Below are positions 12,591 through 24,550 of a stretch of DNA of 64,000 nt, one piece after another. The position numbers were made by a program, and so were the translations under genes. Source of the stretch: Eledone cirrhosa (lineage: Eukaryota); the NCBI GenBank assembly GCA_964016885.1, contig OZ024742.1, positions 121,706,001-121,770,000 of the forward strand. Reading direction: 5' to 3'. Each line of letters begins with the position of its first letter. The first letter of the stretch is position 1. The notes beneath the pieces were generated by a model. It was not told the origin of the DNA and searched no databases. It worked only from the letters and a program-made list of their open reading frames with translations.

Positions 12591-12794
12591 AAAAGAGTCA
12601 GGACCCCGACGGCTGAGCTCCGGCCGTTTCGACAGCTAGATCCGAACTGTATTGAGTACTCTGGTGCGTTATGTTCCACCTGGTATCTTACCGCACACTC
12701 TTTGTTATATATATAAAAGAGCACATTATTCTTTATATTAACTTTATTTTATCAGCGTTTTGTCAAAGTCCGAGTGATTGGCTACCTACACACG

Positions 12795-13030
12795 ATGGGA
12801 TGATATCTGCGTGTTCATCAGATAAAATAGGGATACATGATATGAAGCTTAAAAAAACACTAGTGAATAGATATGTTGATTTAAAACTTCACTATTCACA
12901 AGTGTTTTTTAAGCTTCATATCACGTATCCTTATTTTATCTGATGAAAACGCAGATATCATCCCATGATGATATTTGTTTTTGAAATGCGCATAATAAAA
13001 TACTTGGAACTCTTTTAACCATCTTTTGAT
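12795..13030 (+). mobile_element. Fold-back HHR element
   Basis: 12795-12870 is an inverted repeat of ~12892-12966; complete HHR in right arm. Confidence 0.8.
12932..13002 (+). ncRNA. Minimal type-I hammerhead ribozyme (intact core)
   Basis: tattttat-CTGATGA-[aaacgcagatatcatc ccat gatgatatttgttttt]-GAAA-tgcgca-TA-ataaaata; 8-bp stem I, ~15-bp stem II, palindromic ATGCGCAT; predicted cleavage after 12994. Confidence 0.88.
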
Positions 13031-13408
13031 CTTATATTTGTTTACTAATATAACGTTTACATCTGAACTTTGTGATTCAGCTAATAAATTTAAGACGGTA
13101 AGTGTTGTCTCGGCGTATGGAAGTGAGTGGAAGAAGGATATAAAGAACGGCGATGCAGAAAACAAGTTCACACACATCTTCACCCTCATCAGCTTTCAAA
13201 CCAGCCACTTCTATGTGGCAATACACTTCTTGATCTCCTCCACTTTCAACCTTTTCTATATTTCATCTGCCTTTCACCCACCTCATGGTCTGGCGGCTGG
13301 TCTCTGTCCTCTGAGGCATTTTTGCCCATATCTTTGACACCATTTGGCTGGTTTAACGGCTCTTCTAGTGATGAGTTTTCTCATTTTTATATGTATATAA
13401 TATATAAT

Positions 13409-13592
13409 TGTTTCTACTTTAGGCACAAGGCCAGCAATCCACCAGTACATTACTGGTACTTTATTTTATCGACCCCGTAAGAATGAAAGGCAAAGTTAAC
13501 CTCGGCGGGATTTGAACTCAGACTGTAAAGAGACGTAACTATGCTAGAACGCATGGAGTCCAACCCTCTACCGATACTGCCAATTCCCCGCC
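13409..13592 (-). mobile_element. tRNA-derived SINE
   Basis: Same family as 6581-6962. Confidence 0.9.
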
Positions 13593-13614
13593 CTTTGGGG
13601 AATATATAATATAA

Positions 13615-14436
13615 TCTGTATATATATAAAATTAAGTATGTGTGTGTGTGTCTGTGTGTCTGTGTATTACCTATAGGGGCCTACATCTTACGACCGATTT
13701 TCATGAAACTCTACAGGCTCATAGATTAGTCATCGGGGAGTGTTTTCTATATATCAGCGTATCGTTTTTTTTTTTATTTCGGGGTCATTCTGCAGATAAA
13801 AATCGATAGGTGGGTGAGGGAGGGGTCACCTTTTTTTAGGTATCGAAAAATAAGATTTTTGGCTCTAGCTCCCACATTTTGCCACCGAATTCGTTCAAAT
13901 TTTAAAGCAAAATAGAATTTATCATTGCACATCCTGTAATGGCTTTATATTTTCTTGTTCAGGGACGGCATGGCAGCCGCTTAAATATTCAAAAATACAA
14001 GTTTTAGACTCAAATTTCCACTTTTTCGGCTCTAACTCCCACATTAATCAACCTACTTTGTTCAAATTTTACACTACTCTAGATCTGATTATTTCACGCC
14101 TTAAAGTGGCTTTACATTTCGGATTTTTTGTTCAGGAACGGCGTGGCAGCCGCTTAAGTATTCGAAAATACCACCTTTTAGCTCAAATTTCTGCCTCTTC
14201 GGCTCTATCTCCCACATTTTTCAACCGATTTCGTTCAAATTCGAAACTCACTCCTCCAGCATGCCCCTTCGTCAGTCACCCACGTTTCTCAGTGATAGAG
14301 GTCATCACCACCCTCCCCCACATGGCCTGTATGTGGCCATAGATGAGTGATCGAGAAGCAGCCGCTAGGATCAACACCTTTTCATCAAAGCAGATATTAT
14401 TTTACTTACCCAGACAACGCTGGGTACTGCTGCTAG
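13615..14436 (+). mobile_element. Non-autonomous Helitron
   Basis: A|TCTGTATATATAT 5' end, (TG)/(TGTC) subterminal tract, internal ~190-bp duplication, 3' hairpin tacccag..ctgggta then CTAG|T. Confidence 0.8.
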
Positions 14437-14459
14437 TATATAATATATATAATATAATT

Positions 14460-14660
14460 ATTTCTACTTTTGGCAAAATGCCAGCAATTATCCCAGTGTA
14501 TTACTGGTACTTTATTTTATCGACCCCGTAAGGATGAAAGGCAAAGTTAACCTCGCGGGTTTTGAACTCAGACCATAAAGGGACGTAACTCTTTGTTGCA
14601 AATCAAGGCGTCAGACACTCTACCATTGCAAATCATGGCGTCAGACACTCTACCGATTCA
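14460..14660 (-). mobile_element. tRNA-derived SINE (partial, rearranged head)
   Basis: Same central motif and B box. Confidence 0.8.
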
Positions 14661-14705
14661 GACAATATAATATAATACATAATATATAATATAATATATA
14701 TATAA

Positions 14706-14880
<175 letters not shown>

Positions 14881-15295
14881 TTACACATGTGTTTGTGTGT
14901 GAGGGATGCGTATGTATAGAGGAGAATAAGTTACGTCTCATACTAGCTGAAATATAATGAAATGCACTTGACATCTTTAAACATACCGGTTTCACAAAAC
15001 TGTGTTTGCTTTTCAATGGTTTTACAAAGGATATAAAACAAGATGGAGATTTATAGTAGCTTAGTGCTACACAATGTATTCGTTGATTCCAACCAAGTAA
15101 CTAAGCGTAACAAGAGTGAATATCTTACAATTAGAGTTTCTGTTAAAATAGAATTTTATATGAAAAACGTTCGCAAATGTGAGCGTTTAACAGTTGTAAC
15201 ATGTTACATGTATACGTATGTATTGTAGAAGGCTCACAGAAATCAATGTGTATTACTTGTAATGGTTTAGTATACATGTATAGGTTGTAGTACAA

Positions 15296-15620
15296 GGCTG
15301 TGAATTGACAAAGTCGTTAGAACGTCGGATAGAATGCTTTGTGGTATTCGTTTGATCTCTCCACGTTCAAATCCCACCGAGGTCAACTTTGTCTTTCATC
15401 CATTCCAGGTCGATAAAAAAGGACCAGTCAACTACTAGGCCCATTTCTTCCTCTATATCCCTTTCTCATTTTCATTCTCTCACCCTCTCTCATTTTTCAC
15501 TGGAAGAAATGTGTTGCTTTCAGAACTGGGCTCCAACGGGTTTAAAGAATGCCCGAGAAACGCCGGGTGTCAATTCGGTGTCTCTGCACACTCCTCTAGA
15601 AGTTACGGGATCATACATTC
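15296..15620 (+). mobile_element. Older SINE with extended 3' tail (relatives at 50731-51000 and 60077-60400)
   Basis: B box GTTCAAATCC, central motif, shared CT-rich segment, ctggaagaaat, and gttacgg tail. Confidence 0.6.
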
Positions 15621-15956
15621 ATAGTTTATAGTGTGTTATTTTAGTTGATAAAAAAGAAAAGAAAACAGTTTGTAGCTTGAGTCATTATAATGGAGTTTTC
15701 GTTGGGCACATTCTTTCATCGACGGATCAGATAGAGGTTGCTTTTGATAATCAATGAATTGTTTTGAATCGACAGCTATTTATATTCAAGTTGACAGCTG
15801 GGCTGTCAAATTCAACAATATAAATGGCGATCGACTCAAAAAACATTTTAAAGATTCCAAGTTCATTTTCAACTTAGCATAAATAACCATTTTCCTTATA
15901 TATATAAATAGTAAGGTGTATTATTAGTTGTGTCAAATATATATATATATATATAT

Positions 15957-16024
15957 AAATAAAATTAGAATTTTATTCCTCGCCCTAGCACAGCTGCTAC
16001 ATAAATGTAATTATGCATACTTAC

Positions 16025-16082
<58 letters not shown>

Positions 16083-16417
16083 TATCTACGTATGGGTTAT
16101 ATCGAATATTAATAAAAAAATATTCGATTCGTTTGTAAACAAACAGCTCGATTAAAGCTGTGCCATGCCGATGACAAATCGTCATCCATTTGCTCAACAC
16201 TGGCATTAAGGAACAATCAACATGTTTCTGGGTCATACCTCCTCCAGTCTGTTGAACTGTTGAAAATATATAGTATCTTCTTAAGTACACATCGGCTGAG
16301 TAGCCTCATTTGCATACCGAGCGAGTTTCGGCTGACGGTGCCGTCAACTAAAAATAAAATAAGAATTTTATTTCTCTCTCTAGCACAGCTGATGCATAAA
16401 TGTAATTATGCATACGT

Positions 16418-16419
<2 letters not shown>
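15957..16419 (-). mobile_element. HHR-family element with ~64-bp direct terminal redundancy (period ~395)
   Basis: 15957-16020 repeats at 16352-16415; HHR 3' half GAAA-catg-TT-gattgt on minus strand ~16213-16228; inverted homolog at 16958-17322. Confidence 0.7.
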
Positions 16420-16468
<49 letters not shown>

Positions 16469-16660
16469 GTATAGGATTATCCTGGATGCAGTAATGATTA
16501 ATTACTACCCTGGATAGTGTTGACGTACGGTGAAAGGTTACTCAACGAGTTATGGAAGAATTGTAAAAGAAACTTAGTTCCTGATCCTTCTGTATTCCGG
16601 AGTGTAGATAAAGAATGAATAATAACAGGTAGACATCATAAAAAGATAATTTATTCTGTG

Positions 16661-16772
16661 TGCTTACAAATGTTTCCACTGTGGTTATACAGCCTAGTTA
16701 TGCTATGTACAAATTTATAACTATTTGCAAAACTCAATAATCAAATGCTGTGACCACTGTATCATCAGAGCA
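16661..16772 (-). ncRNA. Type-I hammerhead ribozyme with long stem II, inside 37-bp inverted repeats (16608-16644 / 16786-16822)
   Basis: tgct-CTGATGA-[tacagtggtcacagc...gctgtataaccacagtg]-GAAA-catttg-TA-agca. Confidence 0.78.
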
Positions 16773-16816
16773 GAATGGTTAAACATTTTTATGATGTCTA
16801 CCTGTTATTATTCATT

Positions 16817-16869
<53 letters not shown>

Positions 16870-16894
16870 CGCACACACATATGTGCGTACGGGT

Positions 16895-17322
16895 TAATAA
16901 TAATATTCGATTCGTTTGTAAACAAACGACCCGATTAAAGCTGTGCACGGCACACCTTTAATGCTCGCTCGGTATGCAAATGAGGCTACTCAACCGATTT
17001 GTACTTAAGAACATATTATATATTTTCAACCGTTCAACAGATTGACAGAGGTATACAGTCCTGATGAAGGTCAATGAAGCAAAAACATGTTGATTGTTCC
17101 TCAATGCCAGTGTTGAACAAACGGATGTAAATTTGTCATCGGCATGGCACAGTTTTAATCGGGCCGTTTGTTTACAAACGAATCGAATATTATTATTAAT
17201 ATTCGATATGAGCCATGCGTGCATATGTATATGTATATATGTGAGTGTGAGTGTTGTGTATATATGTGAGTGTGAGTGTTGTGTGTGTGTGTATATATGT
17301 GTGTACGTATGCATAATTACAT
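16895..17322 (+). mobile_element. Inverted copy of the 15957-16419 family with degenerate HHR at 17055-17096
   Basis: acagtc-CTGATGA-aggtcaatgaagca-AAAA-catg-TT-gattgt (G12 lost); 16897-16946 folds back on 17166-17200. Confidence 0.7.
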
Positions 17323-17330
17323 ATATATAT

Positions 17331-18115
17331 ATACTATAAAGTATGTCCATAGAATCATTTGATAATATATATACACCATTACTTCTCCCAATTAGCATAA
17401 TTAACCACACAAAAAAGCAATTAAACCAGGCTATAAGATAAAAAGGCACCTATGAAGAAATAGTAGATAAATAAACGACAGCAATCTCTTCGCGGCCAAC
17501 CGCCATAGAATATTTACCCAACATTTCAACAGCACGTGGAAATCGATTAAATATACAGTCAACCATACACAATTACGTATAAAATTAAAGTTAGAAGAAA
17601 TGCATATACACATACCAGGATTATGTTTCTACCCTCGGGTTTCGTTCGCATTTGGAAATATCCTATTAAGGATAAAATCCCGAGCTTCGAACTCATCAGG
17701 AACCAAACTCGTTTGGACAGATTATTTTCTTAAATGATCCCCGTCAGACACGAATTCAAAATGGCTAAGAATTGTGACGTAGCAGTGGTCAAGTCAGAAA
17801 GAATGTGATTGGTTGCTTACGGCGAGTGGACTGGTTGCTAGAAAGCGCAGCCCAATATTGCCCAAATTACATCTCAACCTTATGGGAGATTATTAAATAT
17901 AAAAATTTACATATACACAAACTAGACAAAGTCATAGATATATATGTGTTTTGGCAACCATTCACGATGTGGCTCAATGATGAATTAATAAATTAAATAA
18001 TCAGAGCAATATACTATAAAGTATGTCCATAGAATCATTTGATAATATATATACACCATTTCCTCTCCCAATTAGCATAATTAACCACACAAAAAATCAA
18101 TTAGACCAGGCTATA
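17331..18115 (-). mobile_element. HHR element with 105-bp direct terminal repeats (period 680 bp)
   Basis: 17331-17435 repeats at 18011-18115; intact HHR 17624-17705 inside; TA tracts at both ends. Confidence 0.82.
17624..17705 (-). ncRNA. Type-I hammerhead ribozyme (intact core)
   Basis: tggttc-CTGATGA-gttcg...cgaac-GAAA-ccc ga ggg-TA-gaaaca; canonical G10.1-C11.1, GUA site. Confidence 0.85.
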
Positions 18116-18148
18116 TATGTATTCATTTTATTAAGGCTAATTAGTGTG

Positions 18149-18194
18149 TTATTACTCTGGAGTTTCGTCTGTTTATCACAGTGTCATCAGACAA
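18149..18194 (-). ncRNA. Minimal hammerhead ribozyme motif
   Basis: ttgt-CTGATGA-cactgt gataa acagac-GAAA-ctc ca gag-TA-ataa; base of stem II mismatched. Confidence 0.7.
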
Positions 18195-18300
18195 GAACAA
18201 CCGTTTCAATAGCAGACAGAGTATAAATAAAGGAAGACTCGATGTAGTGAGCGGGATTCAATTGAGGATGCTTAATGAAGATAGGATGGACAGCCGTCAA

Positions 18301-18385
<85 letters not shown>

Positions 18386-19238
18386 CGTACATACATACAC
18401 CCAAACATCTATAACCCCGGTATATATATGAGTGGGTGTGTGTGCGTGATTTATGTGAGTGTGTGTAAATAAATTCCACTCGTTGCCTTTTCAGCTTTAT
18501 TTAGTATATCTAAGACTATTCCATCCAATATGTCCATTTATTTTTAAGAATGTGGATTATGATTTGTGGGAGATTTTGCTGCTATTTCTCTCAGTTCATG
18601 TGACTATGTAGAGGATCGCTTCTGAAAAGTTATCAACATAATCACGAGAGCAAGACAGTCAAACAAAATGCTCAGACCGATTACTGTGTGTGTTTGGACA
18701 TAAGGTTTGGTGCGAAAGTGACCATGTTTTCCTGCTAGGTAATTTATAATCCTTCGTGGGCGAATGAATTGCTTTTATTACCTGCATAGTTTTTCACGAA
18801 GAAATCGATGTAAATCTCAATCTGCAATTTATCATCTTTTCCCTGTAGTACGTTCAAAACTTTGGTTCTACGAAGTACTGCGAATTTAAAACTCCTTCGA
18901 AGGACATAGGTTCCTCTTCGCAGGATTTGCTTGCTCTCTGACACTATAACATTCTTATTCGTCTGCTGTATCCTCTTTATTTTTGCTATAGCCAGCAGAT
19001 GGGAACTCTAGTTGTTGGCTTCTAGCACCAAGAAGTCAGTTTTTCAGCTATCATTGGTGATGTGACTGGTGAGTTCTGTAAGCCCAGTAAGATACGAAAT
19101 AGCTCTTACTGCCACACATGTAACAGCTAATCCTTCTGCCATACGACATCAGACTTATCGCTTCTCTCATCGACACACGACAGAAATAGCTTTGTGATGT
19201 TCGACATATTACTCCTTTCACTCACTTCATTAATATAA

Positions 19239-19722
19239 TTAGCAGAAAAACCACCCTTCGGGTGGTTTTCTGCTAGCATGTGTACTGTGTATATTGATAT
19301 TATACGCAGCTATATATACATGTAGATATGATACATTAAATAAAATCGTAATTGACAATATATAATACATAGAAATTGAACGAAGTCTGCGTTACACTGT
19401 CTTATTTAATCAATAACGTAATCCATGATACATTAAAAAAGACGATATTATATATAAACTGCATTAGGAGAAAATTAGTGGCAGAAAATTACCATGTTTA
19501 TTTAAGCGATGGCCAACTGGAAGTGTTGACATTTCAGAAATTTTAAAGAAGAGAATCTTTAAATAAATAAAATATATTTAATCAACAGCCACGAAATTTA
19601 GTAGATAAATTATGTAATATTCATTCATTATTTATTCAAAATAATCCAACTTATTTTACTAATGGGATAAAAAAGTATAAACCGTACGCAGTCCCGCGCT
19701 CCTTACTTTATTATAGTTTAGA
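19239..19722 (-). mobile_element. Non-autonomous Helitron A
   Basis: 5' TCTAAAC at 19722; 3' hairpin agcagaaaaaccaccc ttc gggtggttttctgct ending CTAA|T (decayed CTAG). Confidence 0.65.
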
Positions 19723-20044
19723 CTAGCAGAATGGCCCGATGTTGCTCGGGATTTGCTCTAGGGTTCTTATATATTTGATATATATTTATCCTTCTCGAGC
19801 CTCGTGAAGTAAATACGTTTGTTTATATTTTGTTATTGTGTATTCAAAAATATCTGTACACGAATATATAAATAACAGTACAGAGAAGTATGGAATACCT
19901 CGGCCTCGGGCTGGTGTCTACATTTTGTGCTTATAAGAAAAGTTCGTCGTACATTACCAGAGTTTTTTCCGTTCGAAGAAAATCAATACTTTATCGCGAA
20001 ATGAATACTTTTGTTTATATGTTTATGCAAAAATATCTGTACAC

Positions 20045-20143
<99 letters not shown>

Positions 20144-20467
20144 TTTTGCGAGGCTTTTGATATGAAATCGTGTGTCGAAACAAATATTGTTATACTTGGG
20201 AGGGTCATATTTGTGTAATAATATTGTCAGAATTAATAACAGAACACAGATGTGCAACGAAAGAAGTTTGTTAGACTATATATATGTGTTTGTGTCTATA
20301 TTTTATCTGTATTTTTGACCGTTAGTCAGTGAATGGTGATATTGAGGACCGAATAAATTAAATTAACCGATATAAAAGACACAGAAGCGGAAACCAACCT
20401 AACAGTGAGTGTGTTCGGTTATTAATTCTGGCAATATTATTACACAAATATGACCCTCCCCAAGTAT

Positions 20468-20530
<63 letters not shown>

Positions 20531-21010
20531 AAAATATATATTAAAATAACAGATTAAAGTTTAAGCAAAGAATCGCTGCTTTCACCCTTAACGGGTTCTT
20601 TTGAAACTAAAATAATCAATCTCTGAACGCAGAAGTAAATATTTCGAAAAACGTTACACACACTATATATATATATACACACACACACTATATATACATA
20701 CACACACACACACCGCGTCATAATGACGTAATGCAGACAGCCAGGCATACATACAGATATTAAAAAGGCGCAACGTTATAACTATGTATCTATCTAAAAA
20801 GAGAAAGACTAAGAGAGAGAGAAAGAGATCGCTAAATCGCATAATCCGGTCCCTAGGGCATTGAACATTTGAAATTGTTTTGCTCGGAACACTTAATAGG
20901 ACCATAAGTATTACATGTGTAAAGTTTGAAAACAATCGGTTGGGTGGTTCTCGAGTTTTAGGGAAACGGACAGACAGATAGACAGATATTCTCTGTTTTA
21001 GTAATATAGA
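19723..21010 (-). mobile_element. Non-autonomous Helitron B, containing a (TA)n-flanked fold-back insert at ~20141-20475
   Basis: 5' TCTATATTAC + (CTGT)-like tract at 21010; 3' hairpin cccga..tcggg + CTAG at 19723. Confidence 0.75.
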
Positions 21011-21524
21011 CTAGCAAAAACCACCCGGTGGGCGGTTTTCTGCTAGCAAATCTAGTGTATATACTGATACTGTTGAGATTTGGATGAGAAATGTTTTCGG
21101 CACCACATGTTCACCGTCTCTCGGTGTGTCTTTTATGCATGTATAAATATATATGTTATCTATACGGTGAAATCTTTGAAATAAATATATGTTAAAACGA
21201 AAAAGGAGAAAAAGAGATTAGTGACGGAAATATAAACGTTATGATACAAAAACGTTATGATATAACGATGGAAATATATAAACGTTTACGATAAAACGAT
21301 GGAAATAGAAACGTTTATATATAATAATAAGCCGAAACACTCGTAAGCCGAAACACTCGTAAGTCGAAACACCCGTAAAGCGAAACGTATAAATAAAGAT
21401 TAATGTAATGAATTTGAAAAGCATAGAGATTTGAAACCGCGTCTATTTGTTTCCTTGGCATTTTTTTACAGACGGACAGACAGACAAACAAACAGAGAAA
21501 TGCCCATTATATATTATAAGTAGA
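21011..21524 (-). mobile_element. Non-autonomous Helitron C
   Basis: A|TCTACTTATAAT 5' end; 3' hairpin like element A + CTAG at 21011; internal 16-bp repeats taagccgaaacactcg. Confidence 0.75.
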
Positions 21525-21525
21525 T

Positions 21526-21698
21526 GGCACAAGGCCAGCAATTAACCAGTACATTACTGGTACTTTATTTTATCGACCCCGTGAGGATGAAAGGCAAAGT
21601 TAACCTCGGCGGTATTTGAACTCAGACCGTAAAGAGACGTAACTCCATGCTATGAAGCATGGTGTCCGACTCTCTACAGATTCTGCCAATCCACCGCC
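21526..21698 (-). mobile_element. tRNA-derived SINE
   Basis: Same family as 6581-6962. Confidence 0.9.
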
Positions 21699-21864
21699 CT
21701 AATGTCTGTACGTAATGAGGGAGTGAGAGGGGAGAGAAAGAAAGGCAGAGGTGAAGAGACGAAGTGACTCTCTCCTCCTCCTCCTCCTCTCCTCCTCCTC
21801 CTCCTCCTCCTTCTCCTCCTTTTCCTCCATCTCCCCATTCGTCACAGCGATAGAGGGGAGGAAT

Positions 21865-22075
21865 GTTAGTGTGTTACAAAGAGAAAGAGTGAGAGTGAGA
21901 GAAACAGACAGACTAAAAGAGAGGGATAGCTGGAGAGAGAGAGAGAGATAGCAACAGATACAGTACAGTAGCTAAGGGATGTATATATATTTCTGTGTGT
22001 ATATATATATACATTTCTCTGTGTGTAATATATATATATATATATATTATACACGCAGAAATGTATATATATTTC

Positions 22076-22118
<43 letters not shown>

Positions 22119-22529
22119 CACACACAGAAATGTATATATATTTCTGTGTGTATATATATATATATTTCTGTGTGTGTATATATATATATATTACACACAC
22201 ACAGAAATGTATATATGTTTCTGTAGCACTCCTTAATTCCCCCCCTCTCTCCCTCCCGCTATCCGCCTCTTGTAGTCTGTCTCTTTCTTTCACTCTCACT
22301 CTCTCTCTACGCGTGCGCAAAAAACATTCGCACGCGCGCACGTGTTTTAGCGTCTATTCAATCTCTCTCTCTCCCTCTCTCCCTCCCGCTATCCCCCTCT
22401 CGTAGCCTGTCTCTTTCTTTCACTCTCACTCTCTCTCTACGCGTGCGCAAAAAACATTCGCACACGCGCACGTGTTTCCACTGTCGGACAGACAGACAGA
22501 GAAATTGCTGGTTATATATTATAAGGAGA
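21865..22529 (-). mobile_element. Probable non-autonomous Helitron remnant with internal tandem and inverted CT-rich repeats
   Basis: 5' end TCTCCTTATAATATATAACC + (CTGT)n resembles element C; ~130-bp duplication 22245-22475, inverted against 21875-21950; no clear 3' end. Confidence 0.4.
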
Positions 22530-23302
22530 TTAGACAAGGAGGATCAATTGTTTGTGACATAACCTTCCCATTTTCTTCGTTTTACAAGGATTGACCAATG
22601 TTTAAAATCCATCTATGATTGATAGGGCAATCAAAACTATGTAGTGGAGGTTTTTGCCTCGTTTGTAGAATTGTATTCTTTTTCTTTGTATATTGTTTTG
22701 AAAGTGTTAATTATATTCTGGTGCGGTCCTAGTGCGTCGCACATTGAGCATGTGTCTTTTACTGACTGCCTCGGGTACACTAATGATGTGTAAGTGAAAT
22801 TTGCTAAACAGAAAGTAGAGACGCACACACTACACACACACGCACACACACACACACACACATATGTATGTGTTATATGTATCTATGTATGTATGTATAT
22901 GTGTGTGTGTAAGTGTGTATGTGTGTGTGTGTGTGTATTTATTGTCTGTTTATAGCTTGTATCTTACTGGTTCGATAAAATAAGTACCACACTTGAAAGA
23001 ACAAGTAGTGGTCTCGACATGATTTACTAATCACGCTAAGATGGTGCCTCAGCATGACAGCCGTCTTATGGCTATAATTAGTAATTGTTTATCTTTATTT
23101 TTGATATTTGTGAAATTTGTGGAAATCATATTTACAGATTTAAAAAAAATGTCTAATGGCCCCTACACAATCCAGAAATCGCTTTTTTCTCCCCCGAACA
23201 AAATAACCGCAAACTCTTCAAACCTCTATGGAACATTCCCACAGTACACCCTATGGACGGACACACACACACACGCACACACACACACACACACGCACAC
23301 GC

Positions 23303-23345
<43 letters not shown>

Positions 23346-24261
23346 TATAATCAGATAAATGTTTCAAAACTCACGTAGTTTGTATTAAACATGTCTATGC
23401 TGCGCCCACTAAAAAATATAACTCTCAAAAACAATGTAATAATAATGATCATAATGGAGATTATTTCACAGAATAAGTCCACAAATACATGTCTGGTACA
23501 TTATTTTTTTTATTTGTACCGGTGAAATGAAGGGTAAAGTCAACATCGGAGTGATTTTCACTAAAGCCATACATGAACGAAATTAAATACTGAAAGGAGT
23601 TTAGTCAAGCTGTCTTCCGTTTCTGCCACTGAATGCTTTAGCAGACTTTGAAGAGTTTCAAAGAAAGGAAATGACAATAAGATCAAGTTAGGAAAACTAC
23701 AACATACATTTCTAACAGTAATAAAAGTTTGGAAGTCGAGACGCTGATACGGAATACATTGCAATAAATAGATTGTCTGCTGATTCATTAGAAATTGTTC
23801 GCATTTTTAAATCGAAAGACAGGATGTGTAAATGTATATGTGCTATTAATGTCTGTACCATTGCATATATGTTTAGGCAAGTGTACGTGCGTGTGTACGT
23901 GTATGTAAGAGTCTGTGTATGTCTGCGTGTATGTGTGTGTGTGTGTGTATCTCGTGTTAGTGACTTTAGATTCACCATGTAAAGTTATTAGGTTTTAATT
24001 GAAAAAAGCTTTCAGTCTTAAATAAAAGAGAAGCCATTTGGATTTCATCAGAATTCAGTCCCACTGAATTTTTGTAGTTAAAAGTTTCTGAGAGTGGTTG
24101 ATAAATAGAATTTGAATTATTTTTATAGTTCTGCAAGTCTGGTTGCTTAAGAATCTTTTGCTGAATTATAAGAATAAATATCACAACAACAACAACGACA
24201 ATAATAATAATGATTTCTATATCATCTTGTTTGATGATAGCGATAAAAATCATTATAATAA

Positions 24262-24550
24262 TTGTTTCTACTTTTTGGCACAAGGCCAGCAATTACCCAG
24301 TGTATTACTGGTACTTTATTTTATCATTATAATAATGATTTCTAGATTCGGAACAAGGCTAGTAATTTATGGGGAGGATAAGTTGATTATATCGAACCCA
24401 ATTCTGTACTGGAAGCTTATTTGATCGACTATGGAAAGATGTAAGACAAAGTGGACCTCGGTGAGATTTGAAATTACACCGTAGAAAGTCGCAACTAAAT
24501 GCTGAAAAGCATTCTCTCTGATGTTTGAATGATTCTGCCAGTCCACCGCC
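24262..24550 (-). mobile_element. Two SINE copies (partial 24262-24324; older 24339-24550)
   Basis: SINE tail, central motif and head ttctgccagtccaccgcc. Confidence 0.7.

Noticed and set aside
13060-13380. More GC-rich, coding-looking patch (also 43170-43530 and 45900-46185)
   Set aside because: Stops in all plausible frames and no recognisable motifs; probably old TE debris
18700-19200. Possible mariner transposase relic (TIR-like taaggtttggtgcgaaagt; FVEPK..YYRE)
   Set aside because: Too degenerate to call without a profile search
23996-24056. Minus-strand CTGATGA..GAAA..TC layout
   Set aside because: Stems II and III barely pair; plausible by chance in AT-rich DNA
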